NCBI GenBank assembly: GCA_964035545.1
Contig: OZ037766.1
Coordinates: 11,212,722 to 11,276,721 of the forward strand
Direction of reading: 5' to 3'
DNA length: 64,000 nucleotides
Origin: Bugula neritina
Lineage: Eukaryota > Animalia > Bryozoa
The translations under genes and the position numbers were made by a program. The notes below the pieces were generated by a model that was not told the origin of the DNA, made no database searches, and saw only the letters and a list, made by a program, of their open reading frames with translations. Shown here piece after piece: positions 37,863 through 59,500 of this stretch (positions are counted from its first letter, which is position 1; every line of letters begins with the position of its first letter).

Positions 37863-39807
37863 AGTGATAATAAGTATAACTAACATTAACATTAATTGAT
37901 TAAATGATTAATAAAAATAATTATAATAAGAAGCACTGAATTATAAATAATATATTTTCCAGTTTATTGGACCCAAGCCTTAGGTTAATGGTAACAGCAA
38001 CATTAACCAATATGAATAACCATAATGATAATCATAATGATAATATTAACTAATATTTATAAGTATAATATTAATTAATTTTAATTAATAATAATTATAA
38101 TCACAATGGGCATGGCCAATGGGCACAACCATGGAATTGGGGCAATAAAAATAATATGTATACTTGTACTACAGATATTACTAAATAATATTAAAAAATG
38201 CTACATCACAAATGATTAACATTTGCCATTATTATAAGCCTTGCCATTAGCCATTACTTATTTCATATTTGGCATAAGGCTTTCCTAATCCGTGTCAGAT
38301 TGAAAACGTCCGGAAGCAGCATGGGCACAGTTGTAGTGAGCAATAACTACGCGCGAGAGACTATTTTTCTCTGACAAATAATTTTTTTTTGATTTTTTTA
38401 TTATTTTATGTGCATCATAATTTTTAATTTTAAAAAATATTAAATTTCACAGTTTGACTTCGGAAAGGACCAAAGTGTACTAGCCATTAATATAGGACAA
38501 CTCTACTATGTAAAAAAACAAATTTAAAGCTGACATGGATGTTGCAGGAGCTTTTTTGTAGCTTTCAGAAAACCATTGTGTATCGAAAGCTTTTTGTGAA
38601 AGCTTTCGCGATAGCTTTTTACTGACAGTTTTTGTCCAATGAGTCAGTGTAGCTCAATTTTCCTCCTGCTAAAGATGCAGGCAATTTATACTTAATTGTC
38701 AAAATAATTGTTAAAGTATGAGTGTGAGTTCAAGTCTATCTTAGGAAATATACTGTTGGCAATAGACAAAAAATAGAGTTGTGGCCTGCTTCTGTGTCCT
38801 CCATCCATTCACTCTTCATTAAGTGAATCACAATACATAGGCATCCGTGCCAAACAGCACCCGTGCAGACGAAGCAACAATTATCAGCTGATACAGCAAC
38901 CATTATCAGCTGTCGCAATGCATAATATTAAAAGTATATGATATAATGAATATGATATATAAGCCATATATCTGTAGCCCTATATTTGCAGTTCAGTCAA
39001 TTTCGGTGTCAAACCACCAATTACGATCTATGCTTTCTTATACATGCATAAAAATATTATATGCAAGCATCTCTGCTAAAAGATTTGTGATTTCTAGACA
39101 TTACAATTGGTATAAATTTATCAGCAATGCTTGGCAGGCCTAACAAACATTAGTTCGATCAATGTAAATTTATCATATGCCTTACTTTACTAGGACAACA
39201 CAAAGAGAATTATAGTTTGGGAACCTATCTTTGAGAAGAAGCAGAAATATTTTTTTAAAAATAATTAGCCAATTTTTCCAATTATAAATGTGATTGATGA
39301 GAATTGAGATGCTATGGAATATCTTATAATTTGAAACACCTCTATATATTAAATTTCACCGCTCATTTGAACCAACAGCATTTAAAAACTTCACTCCTGA
39401 CAGCTACATATTACATCTGCACTGAGATGATGGGAGTTTGGTAATAACCTCAAGCAGTGTTTCACTTCCCAGCTATACCATCATTTCAATTTTGTGCTAA
39501 ATACAAATTGGTAACAAACAGAAGAACAATGTATTTTTAGAATAAAAATACTTAGACTGTAAGAGTAAATTACTAATGAGGTTTTCATATATTATGAATA
39601 AAATTATCTTGCAACATATGCTACTTCTTAGCACTGATGATTTCAGTGAAGATAATAAATAACTAAATAAAATAACCAAATATTCAGGTTGTACAAAAAT
39701 ATAAAATAAAAGAAAATCAACAATACATTTAATACAGCCTTAATTATTGAAATCACGTATAAAAAATCAATAAATTTAGTGTAAAAGTATGAATAAACAA
39801 ATGCATA

Positions 39808-47706
<7,899 letters not shown>

Positions 47707-50582
47707 ATAAGTTTGCCATCGAAAGTTGTATAAGCATGCTAAAAACCTTGCGCCAGCTAATGCATTTCAAAATTCAATAAATTCTTAAAAAAAACTGTTT
47801 TTTTTTATATTTGAATACATTTGCTTCTATAAATTATTGTCATACAAGCCAAAAATAAAATAATAAACACACATTCAAAAAGAATTAAATTAAAATAAGA
47901 TTAACTGCTGTAAGAACTAGAATCTAACAAAGTTAACCATTTTCTCTGTAGCTCCAAAACCCTTGGGTTTCTCGCTTACTGATTCCAGTTTTCTGTTTTT
48001 ATGTATTTCTTCATAATATTTCATATTGCTACTGTAACTATATTGGTTTCGGACCAAAAACCTTCTTGCCATCAAGTACCTTTACATCATTAGAAAGCTC
48101 CCCATTTATCAAACTTGCATACAAATATTGCTTTACGTTAGAAAAGAAAAAAAGTGTCTTTATGTATGGCTTTAGAAATGCAATATGTAAAACTTTTTGA
48201 GGTATTTTATGGTGCACCAAAATACTAAATGCATCAGCATAAAACATTTTAAAGCTCTCTGTTGCAGAGTTGCATTACTTGTATAAAGCACGTTCCAGAT
48301 CAATTTTATAAGAAAAGGGTTTTGAAAATTATTTGCATACTCAAGTGTTAGTGTAAGCTTGCATATACTACTATGGGCAACAATGGTGATTTAAACAATT
48401 ACTTCCTACTAATATTTACTAAGTTTTATAGAAGAAAAAATTGATGATAAACTAATTCTTATAGTCATAGTGATAGTTGTAAATATGTATATACATATCG
48501 ATATTCATATTGAATACTTCTACTGGCATGAGTTTAAGTTGGTAAAATTATTCTTAGGGCAAACAGATAAACAAACATTTAACTAGAATATTAATGATAA
48601 TACAATGTAAACATACTGATATTTATATTGAATTTAATACATTAAAAATAATTAATTATCATTATATTTATAATACTTTTTAAAAATAGTAATACTAATA
48701 CTAATAGTAAATGACTAAATCACTAAATCATTATCAAAATGAAAATGAAAATGTAATACTTATAGTTATACTTATAGTTATAAATTTAAAGACATACTAA
48801 TAAGTAATGGTAATACTAATAGTAATTCAAACTGAGTAATTACTATTAAGTGTAATTAAAAGTTACAGAGGTATTACTATTATAATGATAATCACTATCA
48901 CACTGCTACTGCCACTGGTTCTAAAATACATTACTATGATGTTATCATTCATGTTATCAGAGGACAGCCAAAGGTCAAGGATGCAGTTGACTTTTGGAAA
49001 CATCGTTAGAAGCAGCAGCGAGTTGGGAATGACTAAGTGCAGTTTGTATATACGTATTGTTGTACGATCTCTGTAGCCTTCACCTCAAAGCTTGAGGATC
49101 CTTAGTCTACGCACTTTGTGACCGCCAGATTGGTACTGCTTAAACAATTTTTTGAAACAAAAATAGCGTTAGAACCACTAAAATATGATCCAATTCAGTG
49201 AGAACCGTAAAAGTTCTTAACGACGAGAACCGTAGAGTAATAGTAATTTGAATACTCCCAGCTATAATGTTACCAGATAGTCTATGACCAATCGCAACGA
49301 TGATACCAAAACCAAGTTGTTTTGACAGGTAAAGCCAATGAACTCAAATAGTATCTTTCCAGTTCAGTGAGTAACGCTAAATACTTATAGTGATAGTCAC
49401 TTATACTTAATTTTATAGTAATAGTTTAATACATTTATACTAATTTATACTTTAACACTAATAGGCGCACCAGATAATTATTCTACCCAGATTTGGATAG
49501 GATGTTTCCATGCAAAATGAAAGATTTATTCCTACTTTCAACTATACACTTCACTCTTCAGCCCTAAAAGTGAAAGTCAAAGTTGTATAATTTAATAATA
49601 ATTATAATAATAATATATATTTTTATGTATTACCATTGTAATTTTTAATCGCTTATACTTATGAATATAGTCATAGTTAGAGTAAATTACTTTGGCTGTG
49701 GGTATACTTATAGTCAATGCTATACAGTATACTTATAGTTATACTTGGAGCACAGTGCCTTGGTCTTATAATATGCAGAATTATTATTATTAAATTAATA
49801 TTATTATAGCTAGATATAGTCATTATTATAAATTAAAATAAATCCACTACTTTTAAAGCTAATATGCTAATAATAGCCATAGGAAATGGCAATAACATAT
49901 GCTCAAGAGCAACAATAAAATAAAAATGAATATCAACATCAATATGGCCATGAGTGATGAGTATGACTATGAGTGTTGTAGTTAGTATATGGCAAACTTA
50001 TGGTATAAGTTTGTCATGTACTCATAGTCATATTGATATTTATTTTAAATATAAGTTATACTATATTAAAATAAAAAAAACATTGCCTACAGGCATATGA
50101 TTATGAATATTTACTACTACTAGTTCTACTACTACCACTGGCACTGCTACTGCCACCACTACCACCACCGCCGCCACTACTTTACCCTAGTCTGAATCAT
50201 AACTTTTACATTGAATTTAGTGAGTAGATTTAATCACCACGATGAGTAATGAGTAATGATTGCTCTTTATACTATGAGAAATTACAATGTGCATCTCAAT
50301 AAAATAGACATGGACTCAATTATCTGTTGTTGTGTAATCAACAGTATAAGATATAACGGTGTGTTATTAATAAAGATAATAGATCATAAAATGCGAGAAT
50401 GAAGAGTAAGTAGCATTGCATTGCATTAACAATTGAATTGAATAGCAGTTCAATCTCTTTGAAATTATAGCTTATTGTTTAGTTTAATCTACTTTTTTTG
50501 TAGACAATGCATGTTCGATCTATTGGTATACTGTGAACCACCCGCTCAGATTTGCTAAAAGAGACAGCTCAACATCTATAGG

Positions 50583-53500
50583 ATGGAAGATGATCAGAGA
50601 CGGATTATTGAAGAAGGTTTGATGATTTTGATTTTCACTACACGACTCTTGTATGCATTGGATTTCACTCTGTAGAAGCACTGAAGTAGTAGATGCAGTA
50701 ATATTTTCCCAAACACTTTGTAGACTCTCTAAACACAGAACATGATAAAAGCAAGATATCCAATAATACTTCTGAAGGCCTCCCAATATCTCCTGCAAAG
50801 GTTAAACTAGATGTAGCAAATGAGTACGTAATTTTGGCTAAAACATAACATATATGTATGTAGCTTTTAACGTACAACTTTTAAAGTATTACGATGGGGC
50901 ACAGTATATCAATTTTATACATTTTGATAATGTGCTTTATGGAAAATTTACCTGCTCTATTGTACATAACATTTTCTACAAAAATAGTTTTTTATTCTAG
51001 TGAAGTAGAGTTCTTCAAAATATTTTTGGTCACAAGGTAAATATTTCAAATACTGTTGTGAGTCTGTAGTCCTAATATTAGCATTGCAAGTAATTTTCTG
51101 TTGCACAAGCTTTTTAAAATATATATTTTTCCAAACATCGCTCTTTTTAGGTTGTTAGAATAGAATTTTCATTATATGAAGGCTAATTTAATGTAGTTTA
51201 AAAATATGTAATGTATTTTGCAAAAGCTTATTTGTTGTTGTGTTTATTTTTTTGTGGTAGCTGAGTAAACGAAAAAATTGTTTAAATTGGTGTTGTAAAC
51301 TTTGTAATGTAACTATGGTCTAGAAATGTTGTAAACTTTATAATATAACTTTGGTCTAGAAATGACGTAAAGAGTATCAGGCTGATAATAGGACTTGGAA
51401 TAGCTCTCAGTGTGTTATCAACTGTTGCTCTTGGAATCGCCTATGGAACTGGGGCCAAAGAGGTGAGGTTTTATATTTTGTTATATTATACTTGTATATT
51501 GTGCAGTGTCTGTGTATATACCAGAAAACATGAATGGTAATTGGAGTTTCTTAAGCTTATAGTTTTATAATAAAGAGGTAAACTCAAAGCTTCATGTTTG
51601 TAGTTGAATTATGAGAATTATATTGTACCTTTTTACAGGGATGTAGTGGCAAACATATTCTAGGCCATACTCTCAGGCCGGGGGTCCAGGGGGCCGCCTA
51701 GGCCCCCGGCGGGGTCCGGGGCAGCGCCCCGGCCGCCGAAGTCTTCAGAGCTCTTCTGATGCAAATTTATGCAATCTAAAGCAATTGTGAATCCTAATTC
51801 TTCTGAAAAAATATGTGTTGAAATGTGCACCTCACTATTATTTTCATACCATACCAGCTACATGACGACTGGGCATTGCTGCAAACTATATAAATATTCA
51901 GTATTGTCCCATACCTGTTGACTGTAATTTTAAATGTAGTCTTACTTAACTGCAGTTAAGTTTGTTCTGACAAGCACCAAGTCCAAAAATTGTACAAAAA
52001 AATTGCTGAAGATCTCAAAAAGATGGAAGGATAGAGGCAGGTAACAAGTGCTCTCCAAATGCAACCTGATTATTTTATTGATAACTAATAGACTGCCGTG
52101 CATAGAAAAAGAATAATAGATCAGAAGAGAGGCAGATTGCAAATCAGAAAATGTGTGTTTGTTATTTATAAAGAGCAATTTGAAAATTTGATAACTCATT
52201 GGCAAGCAGAAATTGGTTAAAAACCTAATTGGAGTTTATTAGAGTATTAGTCTAAACCATAAGGAGATACCATCACACCTTCTAACACACAATAAAGCAC
52301 ACCCCTGAACTTTCACTAGACACATAAAGGAAACATACTCCAAATAAAAAAATTTGACAGGTTTAATATGTGTTAATCTAAAAGATAATTAAATATAAAG
52401 CCAGATGTTAGTTAGTACAATCAAACATAAAAGGTTACTTATGGTGGTGTACAGTTTGCAAAACCTCATTGCATTGATAATTAGCATGCAATAACGCTAG
52501 ATTTTTGAGCAAAATGTGGACATAGTACCTGTAAACCCCAGTGATACATTTTCGTTAACCTCTCCTACACAACTGATACTGTTTCTTGAAGACATTTTGA
52601 TTTTATTTCTGGATTTCATGTTGGTTTTTTTATATTCCATTGCTTATTGACAAAATACAAGTCCACACAAGACGGATAAGGACAACCTTCTAGCTGTCAC
52701 TGCCTAATTGTGCTAGAATAAAAATTTAAAAACCATGTTGTAGATCTTCCTGTTCCTCAGAGCACCTGATTTTCGAGTTTTCAATACTTTTTTTGCAAAG
52801 TTGTAGACAAAAAACTACCCATTTTGGCCAATTTTATCTGAAAAGTTTATTTTTCAAAATCTGCCAAATATCTCAGCAGGAAAGTATGGTATTAGAATAG
52901 AACAAACACTGTCGGAAACTTGAGAAATTTATGCATAGCAAATTTTGATTCTTTCAATAGCCTTCATAGATTTTCTATGTACGGACAATGATGGACAATG
53001 ATAAATCAAACAGACCTGAGAGAAGAACGGCTTTCATAGCTCGTGAACTCAGAAGACTAAATGTAGACATAGCAGCCCTTCAGGAAACTCGCTTAGCTGA
53101 TGAAGGGCAGCTCACGGAAATTGGTGGTGGGTACACTTTTTTCTGGAGAGGGAAACCGGCCGATGAACAGAGAGTTCATGGGGTTGGTTTCGCTATCAAG
53201 AATGAGGTTGTGAGGAAACTCGACCAGCTACCAGTGGGAATCAACGACAGGATGATGACTCTCCAACTAAACCTACGCCGCAACAGGAAAGCAACATTGA
53301 TCTCAGCATATGCACCGACATTGCTTGCTGATCATCAGGAAAAGGAGCAGTTCTACTCCAATCTAGATATGGTTCTATCAGGGATTCCCAAGAGTGCGAA
53401 AATCATGGTCCTTGGAGATTTTAATGCTCGGGTTGGAAAAGATCACCATGTGTGGAAAAAGATAATTGGTAAAGATGGGACTGGGAAGCTAAATAGCAAT

Positions 53501-56500
53501 GGGGAAATGCTGCTCACCAAATGTGCTGAACACTCCTTGGCAATCACAAACACTCTTTTTAGACAGAAAGACCGACGCAAGACCTCATGGAGACATCCCA
53601 GATCTGGCCACTGGCACCTTATCGACTACATCATTGTCAAACAACGGGATGTGCAGGATGTGCGTATAACCCGAGCTATGGACCTATCTGATGCTTGCTG
53701 GACAGACCATCGACTGATTCTGGCAAAGATGAACATGTGTATTCATCCAAAACAAATGAACAGGAAAAGAAAGCAGACAAAAATAAATCTATCGCTGCTC
53801 AACCAGCCAGAAATAAAGCAGAGCTTCCAAAGTGAGCTCACAGAGAATATCCAAGATATTGACATAAATTCTACTCATGGCAGCTGGGAAGTTCTGAGAA
53901 ATTCGATCTTGAAAACATGCCACTCAACCCTGGGTAAACCAGAACGAAAACATGAAGATTGGTTTGATGACAATGAACAAGAAATAAACGAGCTCATGAG
54001 GCAGAAACGCCATGCTTTCAGCTTATGGCACCAAGACTATAGAAATGTGGAAAAAAGGGAACATTATCATAAAATGAGAGGGAAAGTACAGGCGAGAATA
54101 AGGACAATAAAAAATGACTGGTGGATCCAAAAATCTGAGGAGCTTCAGAGACTTGCTGAGACAAACAGTAGCAAAGAGTTCTTTTCCGCTACGAAGAGAT
54201 TGTATGGCCCAATTTTTGGAGGATGTGGGCCAATAGCTTCCAAAGATGGTTCCACAATACATAAGGGGAAAGATGAGATCAAGGGCAGATGGGCTGAACA
54301 TTTCTCAGAGCTGCTTAACCAAGACACTATGGTGGATGAGAAGACCTTAGAATGTCTGCCACAACTGTCAATACTGACCCACCTAGCCGAACCCCCAACG
54401 ATTGACGAACTTGAGAAAGCATTATCCATGACTAAGTCAGGAAAAGCTGCCGGACCGGATGGAATACCTGGAGAGATTTTTAAAGGTGGTGGGCTAGAAT
54501 TGAACAGAAAATTGCTGGAACTCTTTCAGCTGATTTGGGAAAAAGAATCACTTCATCCTGATCTGAAGGATGCTAATATTGTAACTCTTTACAAGAAGGG
54601 TAACAGAGCCGATTGTGGAAACTATAGAGGTATCTCTCTGCTATCCATTGCTGGAAAGCTTCTGGCGAGAATAGTTAGTTTTAGACTTGGCCAATTGACA
54701 GAGAGATGCCTACCAGAGAGCCAATGTGGCTTCAGACCTTACCGAGGAACTGTAGATATGATTTTTGCTGCTCGGCAGATTCAAGAAAAATGCCTAGAGC
54801 AGCACCGTGATCTGTTTATGGCATTCATCGATCTAAAGAAAGCCTTTGACACAGTTCACAGACCAACGCTGTGGAAAGTGCTAGGCAAGATTGGATGCCC
54901 CGACAAATTAGTTACCATCATTCGCATCTTACATGATGACATGAAGGCATCAGTATTAGTTGATGGAGACCACTCTAAGGAGTTTCCTGTGAACACAGGA
55001 GTAAAACAGGGATGTGTGATAGCACCTACATTGTTCTCGATTTTCCTCACTGCTGTACTTCAACTAGTGAGTGAATGCATGCCATCTGGAGTAAGAATCA
55101 GATATAGATTTAATGATATTTTCAATGTCAAACGTCTCAGAGCTAAGACGAAGACAGCTACCGAGGCTATCCATGAACTGCAGTATGCTGATGATAACAT
55201 GATCATGGCTCATTCCGAGGAGGAACTTCAACTTGCTCTCACAGCATTCAATACAGCATACACCTCTCTTGGTCTAACACTCAATGCCAAGAAGACGCAA
55301 GTAATGTACCAACCACACCCGAATACTGAAAGACATGAGGATTTTTCCCTCAAGGTGGGAGACCAAATATTAGACCAAGTCACTACCTTCAACTATTTAG
55401 GTAGCTGCCTATCCTCTAAAGCAAACATTGATGCTGAAATAAACCGAAGACTCCAGGCCGCCAGCTCCGCATTTGGGAGGCTGCAAACACGCGTTTTCAA
55501 CAACAAGGATATATACAGACAGACCAAACTAAAAGTATACAAAGCCATTGTTCTCCCGACACTACTTTATGCCTCTGAAACTTGGGTAACCTACAGCCAC
55601 AACCTGCTGTCCCTCGAGAAATTTCACAACCGCAGTCTCAGGCGAATCCTCGGAGTCAAATGGCAAGACAGGCAGACTACTAACAGTGTCCTGGATAAAG
55701 CTCAAACTACAAGTATTACTACCATGATTGTGAAGAGACAACTGAAGTGGTCTGGCCATGTGGTAAGAATGGATGATAACCGGCTACCAAAAAAGATCAT
55801 GTACTCTGAGCTGAACACTGGATATCGCTCACAGGGTGGTCAGAGGAAAAGGTATAAAGACACTCTACACGAAAGCCTTAAGCAGTGTTTCATTCGACCA
55901 CAGACCTGGGAAGTTCAGGCCTTGGACAGAAAAAATTGGAGAACTGTTGTGCATCAAGGGACAGCGATTTTTGAACAACAACAACGCCAAAAACGAGAGC
56001 ACAAACGGTTGTTAAGGAAAAGCAGGGAGTTATGCTCTGTTACACACCCACCAGTGACTGACTCTAGTAACATTTGTCCTCACTGTGGCAAATTATGCCG
56101 ATCTCGAATTGGGCTTGTGAGTCACCTCAGAACTCACAACCTCTAGTAGGATTTTACGGATTTTCAAACTGGAACGGATTACGGATCACGGCACAGACTA
56201 GGGCTTGCAAGCAGACATCATACTCGTCACACGAGGGATTGCTGACACACAAATTGGTGATTTACACACTGAAATGAAATATTTTTTCCTCAGTAATCAC
56301 CAATGCACAGCACTTCGCGCTTCAGTGAACACGTAAAGATGAGAAGACGGAATGTTGATAGCTGCTTATTATTCATAGTGTAATCTCAGGCTAAACAATG
56401 ACAAGTAGGCAACACGCATGCCACCCACATAGCGTCAACATAACAAGAACTTAAACTAGATTGTGAGCGAAATTTATGATATTCTCAGTGAGGATGCCCT

Positions 56501-59500
56501 AACTATCCTGTGCACTAATCATCTTTCAAAAATATTATGCCCATACGGGCGTATGGCCTAGAACAGTCTAATTTCTTCTAGGCCATACGGCGTATGGGAC
56601 CGTATGGGTACCACTACATCCCTGCCTTTTTATAACCGAATAGTAATTCGTGAATTCATCTTATGACAAATCTGACACGTATGTAAAATATGTATTAGAT
56701 ACATTTACATAATATAAGGTTATTTTGCTTGCAATGAAAGTTATGTATTTAATAGGAATATGCTAATGACTATGGTAACTTCGGTTTGTATCCCGAGTTG
56801 AATTTGGGACAATTAACTTAACGCTGTGTTGGTTACGTATAATTTCTGTCAAGATGAAGCTGTCAGGTATGGTAAACACTGACTGCGCTTTGTGTGCTGA
56901 TATGGGAGCCGACATTCTCAAGCTGGAGGGTTCTGCTGTTGATGCTGCCATTACCACAATTCTTTGCAATGGTCTAGTGAATATGCACTCATCTGGTCTT
57001 GGCGGGTACGTTGATTTTCCAACAACTAGCAATCAGTAAGCTACATATGTCTAGAGTAGAATTAGGATAAGCTCTTCAAGTTCTGTTGTTTATGATTATG
57101 GTTGTGGGAGGAAGTTCTTTAAAAGTCATCTGCCATTCAGAATTTCTCTCATATCAGAAAGCGTGATATTTACTGAATCTATTTTGATTATTTAATCTAT
57201 ACTCTGTAATGTTTCCTATAAATACGTTAAGTGTTTTACGATTGAACAGAGTGTTATTTGAATTAGTGTGGTAAGGTGAAATAAATATCAAGGCATTAGA
57301 TACTTTGCTGTTCTATATTATATTAGGGAGTTTCAATCTTTTTAATTAATAAAATATCTCATTACCCTTTTCTTACAGCCAAAACATGCTAAACTGCTAA
57401 AATGGGTGATTTTTTTCTATAAAACTTGTATTTAGTGGTATGCAGTAATTTAATGTTGAGTTTAGAATTTTAATAACTAAATTGACAATTATTTTTTTTA
57501 CTAATGATTACAATTTTATATGTTAATTTTTATTTTTTCTGAATTTTTCATCTTGGCTATAAAGAATAATTCATTATTAAGATACTTTTCAAAACTACTT
57601 GTGTATGTACTTATATTGAATGGTTCTTCATATCAGTCTAGTTAATTTGTGTGTAAGAAATCTATTGTTAGACAGAAACTGTTTAACCTTGCAACTGTCT
57701 TCTACTGTGTGCTCCTGGCAGATGACACATATAAAACAATATACTTTAAATACGTTGCATACTAAGACTGCTAATATTATTCATTGTCACAATTTAGTAT
57801 TTCGCAGGGGAGGGTACATGATGATACGAGACCACAAACAAGGTATCTCTCTTGCTGTAGATTTTATTCCAACTGCGAGCATGATTGCTACACCAGAGAA
57901 GTATACCAATAATCAGGATTTGCTGTTTGTAATATCATTATTCTATTCAAATTCTTTTAGTAATATGCATTTCCTGTTATTGTCAGATATTGGCAAAATA
58001 TATGAAGTGGTGAACAAATTTTTTTTGTTGAGTTATAAACAGCATTTAATGCATTAAAACCACTTTACAGCCAACCATTCATTGGCTTTTATCGTTGAAA
58101 GACTCTGGGATTGGTCAATAGAAGTTGTATTCTTTTTCACAGATAAAGCTCGTGCAACTAAAGATAAAAGCTGTATTCCTTTTAAAATAAGAACAAACTT
58201 AAATAAACAATGGAGTAATAATATAAAAATTTCTGTGAAATTACCTTAAATCTATCAAATTGAAAAATGAACTTATAAGTGTTAGTCATGACTGCCTATG
58301 TTATATAGCTCTACAAACTTTTTTTTTTAATTTTATAAAGTTTGCACTTTTTTAAATGGCACTTGATTTAAGAAACTTCAAAAGTTAGATGCTTTTGATT
58401 TTGCTGTTTTATACCATGCTGTCATTCTTGGGAGTCAACATGTGTTAATATTTATTCCAAACATAGGGCAAGAAGGCAGTTGCAGTGCCAGGAGAGCTGG
58501 CTGGTCTTGTCTTGGCTCATAAGTACTATGGCAAGTACGTTCTATCTTTCATACCTTCACTCTAATTATGTGACAATACTTGGCTCTGTTTATAGTTAAT
58601 ATTATATATCATTACTATACTTTATTTACTCCATATCTTTACTGTATGTAATAGTAGCTGATATTGTTTAATTAAGCAGTTTTGCAAGCTATAGCTATTG
58701 AAAAATTGTCATACAGAAGACACATAATATGTTTTCATTAACATATATAGGCTGAGCAAATGGCCTCTATCTGAAAATTATCTACTTATAAAAGACAATA
58801 GTCATATTATGCATAATGTTGTGTATTCACTTATTATGTCTGTTACTCAGACTAGAGTGGGATAAATTGGTTAGTCCTGTGGCTGAACTTGCAAGAAAAG
58901 GTTTTCCAATCACTAAAGATGTTAGTAAGTGTCAATTTATTCACCTATTCCTGTATTTAATAATCTCTATACAGTGATACTTGGAATAAATGATGCCTAG
59001 TTCATCAATATATCATCAATTTTTTTCAAATTGCTAAACTTGTCCATATAATGTGGGACTTTTTTCAAGTTTCCAGTTACTACTTTGTTTTCGATTTTAC
59101 AGATAACTTATTCCAAAACATAGTTTACCGAACAGCACTGTCATACTTTACTTTTGAAATAACTTTTTCATTACTTTTGTCAAAATAATCTTCAAAGAGC
59201 AAACAAAACCAAATTAGTAAAAATTTTATGTACGCTACACATCAACATGTATTTCACATTTTCGTTAATCTAGTTTAGTTACTCTGAGCTCGATAAATGT
59301 AGCAACACAAGTGGAAGCAAAACTGTTTAGTTACATGCTTGCATGCTATCAGCTAAAGACAGTTGTAATTTGTAGAGAAGAAGTGGTTTTATAAATATTT
59401 GTGTGCACATGTAACGTTATGGCTCGCCAGCTGACTGCGTTACATCTGGTTCAGTGTCGGCAGCATTATATAACTGATACTTTTAAGTTTTATTACCTCT

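Larger units (their letters stand above)
51636..56624. mobile_element. Non-autonomous hAT-type DNA transposon (~1.7 kb excluding the nested LINE)
   Basis: Perfect 14-bp TIR cagggatgtagtgg / ccactacatccctg; perfect 8-bp TSD ccttttta at 51628-51635 and 56625-56632; subterminal ctaggccatac repeats at both ends. Confidence 0.92.

Noticed and set aside
38736-38918. GC-richer intergenic patch or small ORF
   Set aside because: No recognisable ncRNA or protein motif and no supporting splice structure.
51942-52700. Transposase remnants or captured exons inside the hAT element
   Set aside because: Some AG/GT-bounded segments exist, but there is no recognisable hAT or host-protein motif.
56147-56250. 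The RTE LINE as the mobilising partner of the SINEs
   Set aside because: No visible similarity between the LINE 3' end and the SINE 3' ends.
58950-59142. Possible old CAGTG-ended MITE in a GGT intron
   Set aside because: TIR match is too short and there is no matching TA duplication on the right.
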